From assembly GCA_030584085.1 (NCBI GenBank), contig CP129490.1, forward strand, positions 589,511-653,510: DNA of 64,000 bases, read 5' to 3'. The notes below the pieces were generated by a model. It was not told the DNA's origin and did not search any database. It saw only the letters and a list, made by a program, of their open reading frames with translations. The first letter of the stretch is position 1. Each line of letters starts with the position of its first letter. Position numbers and translations under genes: made by a program. Positions 28,345 to 36,416 of the stretch are shown one piece after another. The stretch is from Melioribacteraceae bacterium (GTDB lineage Bacteria; Bacteroidota; Ignavibacteria; Ignavibacteriales; Melioribacteraceae).

Positions 28345-29065
28345 TTTCTACGCTCGGCTCGTTATTAAATAATATACTAAATGTTGTTCCAACTCCAAAT
28401 TCACTATGGAATTCAAGTTTCGCGTCTTTCTCGTCAAGCAGCGATCTGCAAACAGAAAGACCGATTCCTGTTCCACTTTTTTTACTAGTAAAAAATTCAC
28501 CGAAAATTTTTTCTTTATTTTCTTCGGAGATACCGCCACCGTTATCTTTAATTTCCCAAACAATTTTGTTTTGGTTAAGATGAATTGCCGTGTAAGAACT
28601 GATTTCTATTTTACCACCGGATTCCTCACAAGCTTCAATTGCATTTGTAATGAGATTTAAAAATACTTGCAATAGATTACTTTCGCTGAATTCAATTTTG
28701 GGAAGTGTGCTTGCGTAGTCGGTAAGAATTTTTACTCCTTCACGATTTGCTTTTGCCGAACTTAAATTAATCGCAGTTTCAGAAATATCGTTAACTGAAA
28801 CAAGCATCTCATTATCGCGATTCTTTCTTGAAAAGCTGAGGATATTTTCAATAAGGTATTCAATTCTTTGAACGCCTGCAAGGCAACCGTCTAATGATTC
28901 GACTAAGTCTTCCGGTAAATCATCTGAAGACATGCGCATATAATCTAAGTTTAGTTTTATAGCCGAAAGGGGGTTACGTAATTCGTGAGAAAGACTTGCG
29001 GTAAGCTTACCTAATATTTCCAGTTTATTTTTCTGAGTGATTTCTGAATACATTAAACAGCCCAT
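28334..29065 (-). CDS. Cytoplasmic histidine kinase with no recognisable input domain
   Basis: 243 aa. The H-box SHELRNPL is about 35 aa from the start. N-box NLITNAIEA, G-boxes IKDNGGGI and GTGIGLSV. No TM or PAS segment. Overlaps the regulator gene by 11 nt. Confidence 0.85.
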   Translation of the reverse strand: MGCLMYSEITQKNKLEILGKLTASLSHELRNPLSAIKLNLDYMRMSSDDLPEDLVESLDGCLAGVQRIEYLIENILSFSRKNRDNEMLVSVNDISETAINLSSAKANREGVKILTDYASTLPKIEFSESNLLQVFLNLITNAIEACEESGGKIEISSYTAIHLNQNKIVWEIKDNGGGISEENKEKIFGEFFTSKKSGTGIGLSVCRSLLDEKDAKLEFHSEFGVGTTFSILFNNEPSVENVE

Positions 29066-29150
29066 TCTAGAGGCTGCTAAGATACAAATTTATTGTAATT
29101 TGTGAAACGAAATTTGCACAATATTAACCACATGTGTAAATGTGGATAAT

Positions 29151-29399
29151 TTATCCTTTGAGTTCTTTTAATATTGCTTCAGCAGTTTTTTCTAAAACTT
29201 CTTTTCTGCTATAGAAGTTTTCGCTTAATTTTTGACGAATTTCGTTTAATTTAGCGGTTTGCTCGCTGTTAATTAATTCACGCGCTTCAGGAGAGATATT
29301 GATTGAGTCAACACCTTGACCCTTTTTTTCATCCTTTGCGGGAATGTTTTTCTTCGATGCCGGAAGAATCGGTTGATTATTTACATTGTTAATTTTCAT
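29151..29399 (-). CDS. flgM: Anti-sigma-28 factor FlgM-like protein
   Basis: 82 aa. DSINISPEARELI followed by KLNEIRQKLSENFYSRKEVLEKTAEAILKEL resembles the FlgM C-terminal sigma-28-binding region. Flagellar context. Confidence 0.55.
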   Translation of the reverse strand: MKINNVNNQPILPASKKNIPAKDEKKGQGVDSINISPEARELINSEQTAKLNEIRQKLSENFYSRKEVLEKTAEAILKELKG

Positions 29400-29761
29400 A
29401 ACTCACCTTTAGAATAACTCGCTAATTTTCGCTTATTGCTAATATTTCGCATTTCTATTCTAATATTATCAATTTCTGTGGAATAATTCCTAATCACATT
29501 ATCGTATTCTTTCTTAATAAGTTTAGTGTTTATATCAATTTTTTTTAGAATTTTTTCTGATTCAGCGTCGAGACTTTCTAAATCGATTATTTCACGCAAT
29601 AATCTCGCTTGCGTAAGAGCTGAAAATGCTCCATTATAATTTGTATCAAAATTATCCGGATCAAGAGTTATTAAAAACTGCAGACAGTTATTTATTAGTT
29701 CATCAATCTTATTAAGGATATCAATTACACTATTCATATTAGTAGTTAGATCCTGTACCAA
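29396..29761 (-). CDS. Hypothetical helical protein between fliD and flgM (possible export chaperone)
   Basis: 121 aa. An alternative ATG at 29737 lies 1 nt after the fliD stop. No motif recognised; assignment rests on position only. Confidence 0.4.
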   Translation of the reverse strand: MVQDLTTNMNSVIDILNKIDELINNCLQFLITLDPDNFDTNYNGAFSALTQARLLREIIDLESLDAESEKILKKIDINTKLIKKEYDNVIRNYSTEIDNIRIEMRNISNKRKLASYSKGEL

Positions 29762-31508
29762 AAAATGACTGAGTACTTAATAAAGTTGCCAATTGTGTTT
29801 GCATTGATTGATAACGCCTTCTGAGAACTTCTGCACTTTTATCAATACTTGTTGTAACACTATCTATACGATCACTTAAATACTTAGCAGAGTTATCGTA
29901 ACTTTGTTTTGCAAGCGAAAGATATCCTTCCGCTCCGGAATATTTCTTTAATGAATCATACAATGTTGTTGCAAGTCCATTTGAAGAATTGAAGATATTT
30001 TCAACTTCGCTTGTATTGTTATTTACTTTGTCATCGAATAGGGTAGAGTCGGAAATTGATAGACCCGTAGTAGCGTCAAACTTAATCCCGATTTGTGAAA
30101 GATATCTAAACTCATTATCCGAATCACCAAAAGTTGTATGACCAATTGATCGAAGAGAATTAAGTAATGAGCTTACTGTAGCTTCGCCTCTTAAAATCCC
30201 TCTGGAAGTCTCAGTTGATTTTGTCTTTTCCTTCAATAAAGTATAGACATCGTTAAATTTCTTGATGAAATCATTTACATCGTTTCTAATTGTTTCATTA
30301 TTATGTTCAACAGTAATATTCACTTTTGGATCAGTATCTTTCATTACGGATTTAATATTGAATGTCATTCCGCTAACTAAATCACTTACAGTGTTTGAAT
30401 TTTTCTGAATCTGAACATTATTAAAGCTAAACTTTGCATTAAGTTGATTGTTTGCATTTGTGATATCCGAATAGACAAATCCGGCAGTATCAGGTTCTAT
30501 TGATTGATCAAAAGATGGACGAGATGAACCTAAGTTTAAACCCAGTTGAGCTAAAATTGTTGAACCGGAATTATCTGCAATGCTTTTAATTCTATAATCA
30601 AGACCGGAATTCTTGGAAGTAATTGAAAGTTGAGAAGTATCTGAACCGGGAGCAAAACTTGAAGCTGATAAAACAGATGCAGCACCAACTTCTTTATCTA
30701 CTTGAATTCCAAGATCAGTTACCAAATCAAATCCGGAGTCATGTGAAATGCTAATGAAATCTGTAGTTTTTGATCCGGTAACTTTTAGCTGAACATCGCC
30801 CGTTGAAGGATCATCAAGAACCTTCTCCGCATTAATTCCATCAATACCGGAGTTAATATTCTCAACAAGTTCATCAATTAATTGTTCGTAAGTACCGCCG
30901 CCGGTTACGTTGATTGAATAATCCGTCCCATTTAAGTTAATTTTTATAGTACTTTCGTTACCTGTATAATTATTTGCTGCAGTCTTTGCACTTGAGTTTA
31001 CTTCGACATAATCAGTATTTATTGCTGAAGAAATTTTACTTAATAATTCCGAGTTTGTTTCTGTGCCATCGAGATCTACTGATATTGTGCTGGTAAAATC
31101 AGCGTTAGTTCCATCACCGGTTTTTACTGTAAACGAATGTTTTCCGGTAAGACCGGAAACAGCAGAAGAACTAACATCTTGCGAAATAACCATATCGTTT
31201 TTAGCAAGCTGAGTGACGAATAATTCGTATGATCCGATATTAGCTGTTTTATCCGCAGTGGCTGTTAAATATGATTCATTACTTGAGAGGGCGGACTTTG
31301 TATTAAAAATTGAACTTGATGATGTAGCTTTTAATTTATCTAATGAACTAAGTAAATTTGTTACTTTCGAGCTAACATCAGTAATTGTACTGCTTAAGGA
31401 AGAAAAGTTAGTCTTCTTCGTTTGTATAGAGGAGAGTCTTTTCTTAATCTCTACAGATTTGAAATTGTAAATCATTTCGTTGATATAAGATGAAGAAAGA
31501 ATTTCCAT
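29739..31508 (-). CDS. fliD: Flagellar filament cap protein FliD
   Basis: 589 aa. FliD-like termini (N-terminal SSLSSTITDVSSKVTNL; C-terminal IDKSAEVLRRRYQSMQTQLATL). Downstream of fliS. Confidence 0.85.
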   Translation of the reverse strand: MEILSSSYINEMIYNFKSVEIKKRLSSIQTKKTNFSSLSSTITDVSSKVTNLLSSLDKLKATSSSSIFNTKSALSSNESYLTATADKTANIGSYELFVTQLAKNDMVISQDVSSSAVSGLTGKHSFTVKTGDGTNADFTSTISVDLDGTETNSELLSKISSAINTDYVEVNSSAKTAANNYTGNESTIKINLNGTDYSINVTGGGTYEQLIDELVENINSGIDGINAEKVLDDPSTGDVQLKVTGSKTTDFISISHDSGFDLVTDLGIQVDKEVGAASVLSASSFAPGSDTSQLSITSKNSGLDYRIKSIADNSGSTILAQLGLNLGSSRPSFDQSIEPDTAGFVYSDITNANNQLNAKFSFNNVQIQKNSNTVSDLVSGMTFNIKSVMKDTDPKVNITVEHNNETIRNDVNDFIKKFNDVYTLLKEKTKSTETSRGILRGEATVSSLLNSLRSIGHTTFGDSDNEFRYLSQIGIKFDATTGLSISDSTLFDDKVNNNTSEVENIFNSSNGLATTLYDSLKKYSGAEGYLSLAKQSYDNSAKYLSDRIDSVTTSIDKSAEVLRRRYQSMQTQLATLLSTQSFFGTGSNY

Positions 31509-31517
31509 TACAATTAC

Positions 31518-31862
31518 CTAAATCTTTTTATTTGCTTTGAGCGTTTGTTCCCAAGTCTCTTTTAGTTCCGATAAGATTTTTTCAACAATTTCATAATTAT
31601 GCTTACGCATTTGATCTTTACAAAAATTGTACAGTTGAAATAAACCCGAGGAAATTTTTTCTAATTCGGTTTCATCAAATCTTAAACCGAAGATAAGTTC
31701 ATTTAGCGCTTTGTTAGTTTTTTCAATATTATGAAGACGGCAATTAGTGATTGCAAAATCATAAAGCTTCAACAAGAGTTTTTCTTGTGAAGATTCCATT
31801 ATGTCATTCACTAAATATGGATTAGCACGGTTTCTTGATTTTGCGGATAATGAAGAGTACAT
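31518..31862 (-). CDS. fliS: Flagellin-specific chaperone FliS
   Basis: The ATG at 31862 is preceded by AGGAG with a 6-nt spacer (the track ORF begins 2 codons earlier at TTG). About 114 aa four-helix-type protein (LLLKLYDFAI, ALNELIFGLRFD, LFQLYNF). Confidence 0.85.
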   Translation of the reverse strand: MYSSLSAKSRNRANPYLVNDIMESSQEKLLLKLYDFAITNCRLHNIEKTNKALNELIFGLRFDETELEKISSGLFQLYNFCKDQMRKHNYEIVEKILSELKETWEQTLKANKKI

Positions 31863-31880
31863 AAACAACTCCTACAGTTT

Positions 31881-31914
31881 GAAAAAATAGCCCTTCCGGT
31901 TTCCCGGAAGAGCT
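31881..31914 (-). terminator. Rho-independent terminator after flagellin 1
   Basis: Minus-strand reading is AGCTCTTCCGG-gaaa-CCGGAAGGGCT followed by ATTTTTTC. 11-bp stem with one G-U pair. Confidence 0.8.
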
Positions 31915-31939
31915 TTATGATAAATCAAGATCAAGTCAA

Positions 31940-32773
31940 TTATCCGAATAACTGTAATACTTGTTGTGGTGCAAAGTTCATTTGAGCAACCATAGCTGTA
32001 GCTGCTTGAGCACCAATTGAGTATTTGGTAGCGTTTAATTGTTCGACGGCAACGTCAGCGTCAAACAATCTTGATACAGATGCTTGAGAATTTGTGATAG
32101 CAGATGTTAAGAAGTCATCTTTTGCATCTAGTCTCTGAATAAAGTTACCAACTTTACCAAGTGAAGAACTAATTGTTGCCTCAAATGTATTTAAGTTGGT
32201 TTCTAGAGCAGTAAAATTAGAACGACTAGCAGTTGAAGTTAACAAATCAATTTGAGCTTTCGATGTGTTAAAGTTAGAAGCTATATCATCAGCATAATCA
32301 ACTGATAAAGTTTCGCTGGTTGATGCACCTGTCTGGAACGAGAATCCTGTAGCAGCTGTTGTTCCAAGTAGATTTGTATCATTGAATTTGGTGTTTGTAA
32401 TACCATTTCCAATTTCTTCAGCGATAGCTTTAATATCATTTACTAACGAGCCCAAATCAGCAGCAGCATTACCAGAATCGGCAATTTTGCCTTTGATTTG
32501 TGTGATCATATCACGGATACTAACCAACTGACTTTCGGCAGTTGCAAGCATATCTTTTGCAGATCCAACGTTCTTTTGAGCAGATTGCATAAGAGCAACT
32601 TTTGATTCTAAAGATTTTCCGATACTGAAACCGGAAGTATCATCTGCAACACTGTTTATTCTTTTTTGTGTTGCTAATCTCAACTGAGCTTTTTGAGTTT
32701 GTGAGTTGAGTTTTGCTAGAGCATTATAAGCTTCTAAAGCTCCAATGTTTGATGCGATTCTGAAATTAGACAT
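31940..32773 (-). CDS. Flagellin (paralogue 1)
   Basis: 277 aa. N-terminal RLATQKRINSVADDTSGFSIG. C-terminal DADVAVEQLNATKYSIGAQAATAMVAQMNFAPQQVLQLFG. Confidence 0.92.
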   Translation of the reverse strand: MSNFRIASNIGALEAYNALAKLNSQTQKAQLRLATQKRINSVADDTSGFSIGKSLESKVALMQSAQKNVGSAKDMLATAESQLVSIRDMITQIKGKIADSGNAAADLGSLVNDIKAIAEEIGNGITNTKFNDTNLLGTTAATGFSFQTGASTSETLSVDYADDIASNFNTSKAQIDLLTSTASRSNFTALETNLNTFEATISSSLGKVGNFIQRLDAKDDFLTSAITNSQASVSRLFDADVAVEQLNATKYSIGAQAATAMVAQMNFAPQQVLQLFG

Positions 32774-32882
32774 TACAACCTCCTTGTTATTTGTTAATTA
32801 GGCTTCCTTGCCTTGTTTGTTGTCTGAGTAGATCATTTTTTGCTACCAGCTATTTAATTTATTGATCTTGTTTCCACTAACA

Positions 32883-32909
32883 TTATCGCAGAAGTGTGGA
32901 AATAGTTTA
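32883..32909 (-). promoter_or_regulatory. Sigma-28 (FliA)-type promoter for flagellin 1
   Basis: Minus-strand reading is TAAA-N15-tGCGATAA, about 110 nt upstream of the ATG at 32773. Confidence 0.6.
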
Positions 32910-32934
32910 GCGGATTTTTTGTAGAAAATTTAGG

Positions 32935-32972
32935 GGAATGAAAGTGGCTTCACAAATTCATTTTGTGAAGCC
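32935..32972 (-). terminator. Hairpin terminator after flagellin 2
   Basis: GGCTTCACAAA-5 nt loop-TTTGTGAAGCC. Perfect 11-bp stem a few nt after the stop at 32984. The U-tract is weak (ACTTTCATT). Confidence 0.6.
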
Positions 32973-32983
32973 ATTGAAATATA

Positions 32984-33817
32984 TCACCCGAAAAGTTGTA
33001 ATACTTGTTGTGGACTCATATTCAACTGAGCTAACATAGCTGTTGCAGCTTGTGCTCCAATAGAGGCTTTAGTAGCATTAAGTTGTTCAAGTGCAACATC
33101 TGCATCAAACAATCTTGATACAGAAGCTTCAGAGTTTGTAATAGCGGAAGTTAAGAAATCTTCTTTGGCATCCATTCTCTGAATATAATTTCCGATTTTA
33201 CCAAGGGAATCACTTATTGTAGATTCGAATGTATTTAAGTTAGTTTCAAGATTCGTAAAATCTGTACGAGATGAGGAAGAAGTAAGGAGATCAATTTGTG
33301 TTTTTGAAGTGTTAAAGTTAGAAGCTATATCGTCGGCATAGTCGACAGTAAGTGTATCTGAGCTAGAAACACCGGTTTGGAAAGTAAATCCACTTGCAGC
33401 TGTCGTACCAAGCAAAACAGTATCGTTGAATTTAGTGTTTTGAATACCGTTGCCGATTTCTTCGGCTAGCGCTTTTATATCATTTACTAATGAACTTAAG
33501 TCTGCGGCTGCATTACCAGAGTCAGCAATCTTTGCTTTAATTTGTGTTACCATATCACGCATGCTAACCAACTGGCTTTCTGCAGTAGCTAACATATCTT
33601 TTGCAGAACCAACATTTTTTTGAGCCGCATGCATTAATGCTACTTTTGATTCTAATGATTTCCCGATATTAAAACCGGAAGTATCATCTGCAACACTGTT
33701 GATTCTTTTTTGTGTCGCCAATCTTAATTGTGCTTTTTGTGTTTGTGAGTTTAGTTTTGCAAGAGCATTGTATGCTTCCAAAGCTCCAATGTTCGATGCA
33801 ATTTTGAATGTAGACAT
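32984..33817 (-). CDS. Flagellin (paralogue 2)
   Basis: 277 aa, collinear with paralogue 1 and roughly 85 percent identical by eye. Differences are concentrated in the central S/T-rich part. Confidence 0.92.
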   Translation of the reverse strand: MSTFKIASNIGALEAYNALAKLNSQTQKAQLRLATQKRINSVADDTSGFNIGKSLESKVALMHAAQKNVGSAKDMLATAESQLVSMRDMVTQIKAKIADSGNAAADLSSLVNDIKALAEEIGNGIQNTKFNDTVLLGTTAASGFTFQTGVSSSDTLTVDYADDIASNFNTSKTQIDLLTSSSSRTDFTNLETNLNTFESTISDSLGKIGNYIQRMDAKEDFLTSAITNSEASVSRLFDADVALEQLNATKASIGAQAATAMLAQLNMSPQQVLQLFG

Positions 33818-33830
33818 TCTTCCTCCTAAT

Positions 33831-35357
33831 TCAATTGATTTTTTGTAAGTATGAGTTAATTTTTTCTTCGAATTTATTTATGTGGTTCATTACTAATTTA
33901 TTTTTGGTAAATCTATTCTTAGACTGTTCTATTAATTGTTTAAGATCATCGAATTTTTTCATTTCAAGATAAATCGGGATTAAATAGAATACAGGTGTGG
34001 CTTCATCATGATTTTCTTTTAACAACTTTTCAAACACTTCGGCAGCTTCGGGATTTTTGCCTGCTTTACTTAAATCGTATCCTAGTCTATTTTTTACCGA
34101 AACATTATCGATAAATTTTCCGATTAATTTTTGATCAAACTCCAATTTTGTATCAATATGATCATAGTGTTTTGTGAGAGCCAAGTAAAAATCCAGATTG
34201 TTTTCGTTTATAATACCAACCAGTTCGTCTAATTCTTCAGAAGTTAGTTGAGAGTTTGAGGATAATCGTTGAATCAAGCTAGATTCTTTCTGCCATTCAG
34301 AATGATTTTTTCTTTTGGTTTCTTCTAATTTATTAAAGAAGAAATCAATCCCTTCTGTAGCATTTTGATTATATGAAATTGTTAAACCATGATAGATGAT
34401 TTTTACATCGTCCAGAATTACATCCAGTAATCGATTGTTCATGCTATTTATTACAGTGCGATTAAGTTCTAAAGCTTTCTTGCAAAATTCGATTGCCTCA
34501 TTTGGTTTCCCGGCTTTTTCGTAAATTTGAGATGCGGTAAGATTTGCAATCATATTTTCTGAATCAGTTTTTATTGCTTCGTTTATTGAACTAAAAGCAT
34601 TGGAGATATCGTTTGATCGTAAGAAATATTCTGCAATACTGCTTAATGAATAGCCTCTATACTCATTAGTAAGAGAAGAATCATTTATTGCAAGTGTATA
34701 GTATCGATAGGTACTATCAAAATCTTTTAGTATGCTGTAACTATTTGCAATTTGAAAAGCGCAATAACCATTCGGATTGTTTTTATAATCTAAAAGTAAC
34801 AAATCAAGATTACGTTTTGCTTTTTGTTTTAGCCCTTCTCTATCAATATTATAACCGATATGATTAATCAATAATTCCGTGTTTTGAATCTTGCAGCCAT
34901 GCGCAAAGAGCGAATCATCAATTTGTTCATGAGCTTTACCTATAAATTTTATACCACTAAAATTTCTAAACAATCTTGTATAACGTTGAAGTTTGGGTTT
35001 GTTGTGAATCTCGTCAACGTTATAAATTTTACATCTATAGCCGACTTTATCTTTATTTGAAGTAAGCTTTTTCAATATGTGTTTTGAATTTGCATCTAAT
35101 CGTTCGTCTGCGTCAAGATATAACACCCAGTCAGACGTTACTTTTGATAGAGAAAAGTTTCGAGCTTCAGAGAAATCATTACTCCACTTATGATGATAAA
35201 CCGAAGCACCACAGGATTCAGCAATCTTAATGGTATTGTCGTTAGAGCCTGTGTCAACGACTATGATCTCATCAACGACATCTTTTACCGATTGAAGACA
35301 TTCCTCTAGATGCTGTTCTTCGTTTTTTACAATCATGCTAAGTGAAATTGTGGACAC
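33831..35357 (-). CDS. Family-2 glycosyltransferase fused to C-terminal TPR repeats (GmaR/FlmG-like architecture)
   Basis: 508 aa. N-terminal GT2 domain (ISLSMIVKNEEQHLEECLQSV, VVDTGSNDNT, LYLDADE), then TPR-like repeats. The stop is 13 nt from the flagellin 2 ATG. Confidence 0.8.
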   Translation of the reverse strand: MSTISLSMIVKNEEQHLEECLQSVKDVVDEIIVVDTGSNDNTIKIAESCGASVYHHKWSNDFSEARNFSLSKVTSDWVLYLDADERLDANSKHILKKLTSNKDKVGYRCKIYNVDEIHNKPKLQRYTRLFRNFSGIKFIGKAHEQIDDSLFAHGCKIQNTELLINHIGYNIDREGLKQKAKRNLDLLLLDYKNNPNGYCAFQIANSYSILKDFDSTYRYYTLAINDSSLTNEYRGYSLSSIAEYFLRSNDISNAFSSINEAIKTDSENMIANLTASQIYEKAGKPNEAIEFCKKALELNRTVINSMNNRLLDVILDDVKIIYHGLTISYNQNATEGIDFFFNKLEETKRKNHSEWQKESSLIQRLSSNSQLTSEELDELVGIINENNLDFYLALTKHYDHIDTKLEFDQKLIGKFIDNVSVKNRLGYDLSKAGKNPEAAEVFEKLLKENHDEATPVFYLIPIYLEMKKFDDLKQLIEQSKNRFTKNKLVMNHINKFEEKINSYLQKIN

Positions 35358-35358
35358 T

Positions 35359-36243
35359 TTAGCTAACCTTTTTTTCTTCTAATGAATTGTGATTTACTTC
35401 TAATCCCAAAACTCTATTAATTTTTGCTAATCCGTTAAGAGCAAAGTCGTTTCTGGAATCATAAGTTATTGAATACTCGAACATTGTTTTTGATTCTGTG
35501 TCCATACCTTTTAGATAGAATAGTTCACCAAGACCGGCGCAAGCTTGTGATGACCGTGAATCAAGATTTAATGCCTTTTCAAAACATGCTTGAGCTTCGT
35601 CAAATTGCTCTAAAGCTAGGTAGTTAAATCCTTTGAAGTTTTCTAAAGAAGAAATTTTCAAAAGAGTTGAGTTGCTCATTATCCCGGTTGTCAATAGCTC
35701 TTCCGCTTTAACTACTTTATCTAATGAATTTTGATAATCCTTATTTCTGAATAACTTATAAGCATCCGTAACACATTGATTGAATATTGCTGACTCTTCT
35801 TCAGAAATTGAGTCATCAACCAAAGAGTTGTGGTGACTATGTAAACCGAGTGAATTGTTAACTTTTGTTAATCCATTCCTAGCAAATTCGTTGTCTGAAT
35901 TGAGATCTAATGCCCATTCAAACATTATTTTTGCTTCTTCATCTTGGTTTTGTAAGAATAAAACTTCACCAAGACCTGCGCATGCTTGTGAAGAATGAGG
36001 ATTTAATTGTAAACCTCTTTCAAAACATGATTGAGCTGATTTATTATCGCCTGTTCCTAGGCAAATAAATCCACGTAAGTTTTGAACACTTGCTAAGTAT
36101 TCATCGCGTTGATCTTCGTCGATATTCTGAAGTTCATTTTCAAGATCTTCGCTGGAATTATTAAGAACATCTAATGCAGTTTCGAACTCTTTTTTTGCAA
36201 AAAGTTCAAACGCTTGAGTAACGGTGTTTTCTAGTACTTCCAT
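35359..36243 (-). CDS. TPR-repeat protein made of two tandem ~140-aa units
   Basis: 294 aa. Unit 1 ends SQACAGLGEVLFLQNQDEEAKIMFEWALDLNSDNEFARNGLTKVNNSLGLHSHHNSL. Unit 2 ends SQACAGLGELFYLKGMDTESKTMFEYSITYDSRNDFALNGLAKINRVLGLEVNHNSL. Confidence 0.75.
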   Translation of the reverse strand: MEVLENTVTQAFELFAKKEFETALDVLNNSSEDLENELQNIDEDQRDEYLASVQNLRGFICLGTGDNKSAQSCFERGLQLNPHSSQACAGLGEVLFLQNQDEEAKIMFEWALDLNSDNEFARNGLTKVNNSLGLHSHHNSLVDDSISEEESAIFNQCVTDAYKLFRNKDYQNSLDKVVKAEELLTTGIMSNSTLLKISSLENFKGFNYLALEQFDEAQACFEKALNLDSRSSQACAGLGELFYLKGMDTESKTMFEYSITYDSRNDFALNGLAKINRVLGLEVNHNSLEEKKVS

Positions 36244-36284
36244 GTCATTTCTCCTTGTTTGACTAAAGAATTTGAGTTATAAGA

Positions 36285-36300
36285 AACAACAGTTATGCCA
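36285..36300 (-). promoter_or_regulatory. Sigma-54-like promoter candidate for the TPR / GT2-TPR / flagellin 2 unit
   Basis: Minus-strand reading is TGGCATaactgTTGTT, about 40 nt upstream of the ATG at 36243 and downstream of the terminator at 36380-36416. Confidence 0.35.
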
Positions 36301-36379
36301 TATTGCTTTTGAGGAGAAAAGTGAGTTATTTTGGATAAAAATGCGGTTATTACAAGAAAAGACTGGTTAATATTGTGCA

Positions 36380-36416
36380 GATGTAAAATAGTGGTCTATT
36401 GAAAGACCACTATTTT
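36380..36416 (-). terminator. Hairpin terminator after the 1630-aa glycosyltransferase gene
   Basis: ATAGTGGTCT-ttcaat-AGACCACTAT directly after the stop, followed by TTTACAT on the minus strand. Confidence 0.6.

Larger units (their letters stand above)
31940..33817 (-). repeat. Tandem direct duplication of the flagellin gene (period 1044 nt)
   Basis: The two 834-nt CDSs have conserved termini and diverged intergenic regions. Confidence 0.9.

Noticed and set aside
28348-28563. 71-aa minus-strand ORF nested in the histidine kinase gene
   Set aside because: It is an alternative frame of a gene whose main frame carries the complete H, N and G boxes.
29066-29150. Possible sigma-70-type promoter TTGTGC-N18-TACAAT and a short hairpin (CCACAT..ATGTGG) between flgM and the kinase gene
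   Set aside because: Both motifs are weak (18-nt spacer, 6-bp stem without a U-tract), and the housekeeping promoter consensus of this lineage is unknown to me.
31940-33817. Whether the two flagellin genes are an assembly duplication artefact
   Set aside because: The copies differ at many positions spread along the gene, and their flanks differ completely (own promoter and terminators versus direct abutment to the GT gene).
34100-34135. Possible internal sigma-28 motif (cAAA-N15-aTCGATAA on the minus strand) inside the GT2-TPR gene as the flagellin 2 promoter
   Set aside because: The -35 box is imperfect, it lies about 290 nt from the ATG, and it is inside a coding region. It is too weak to call, and is mentioned only as an alternative to co-transcription.
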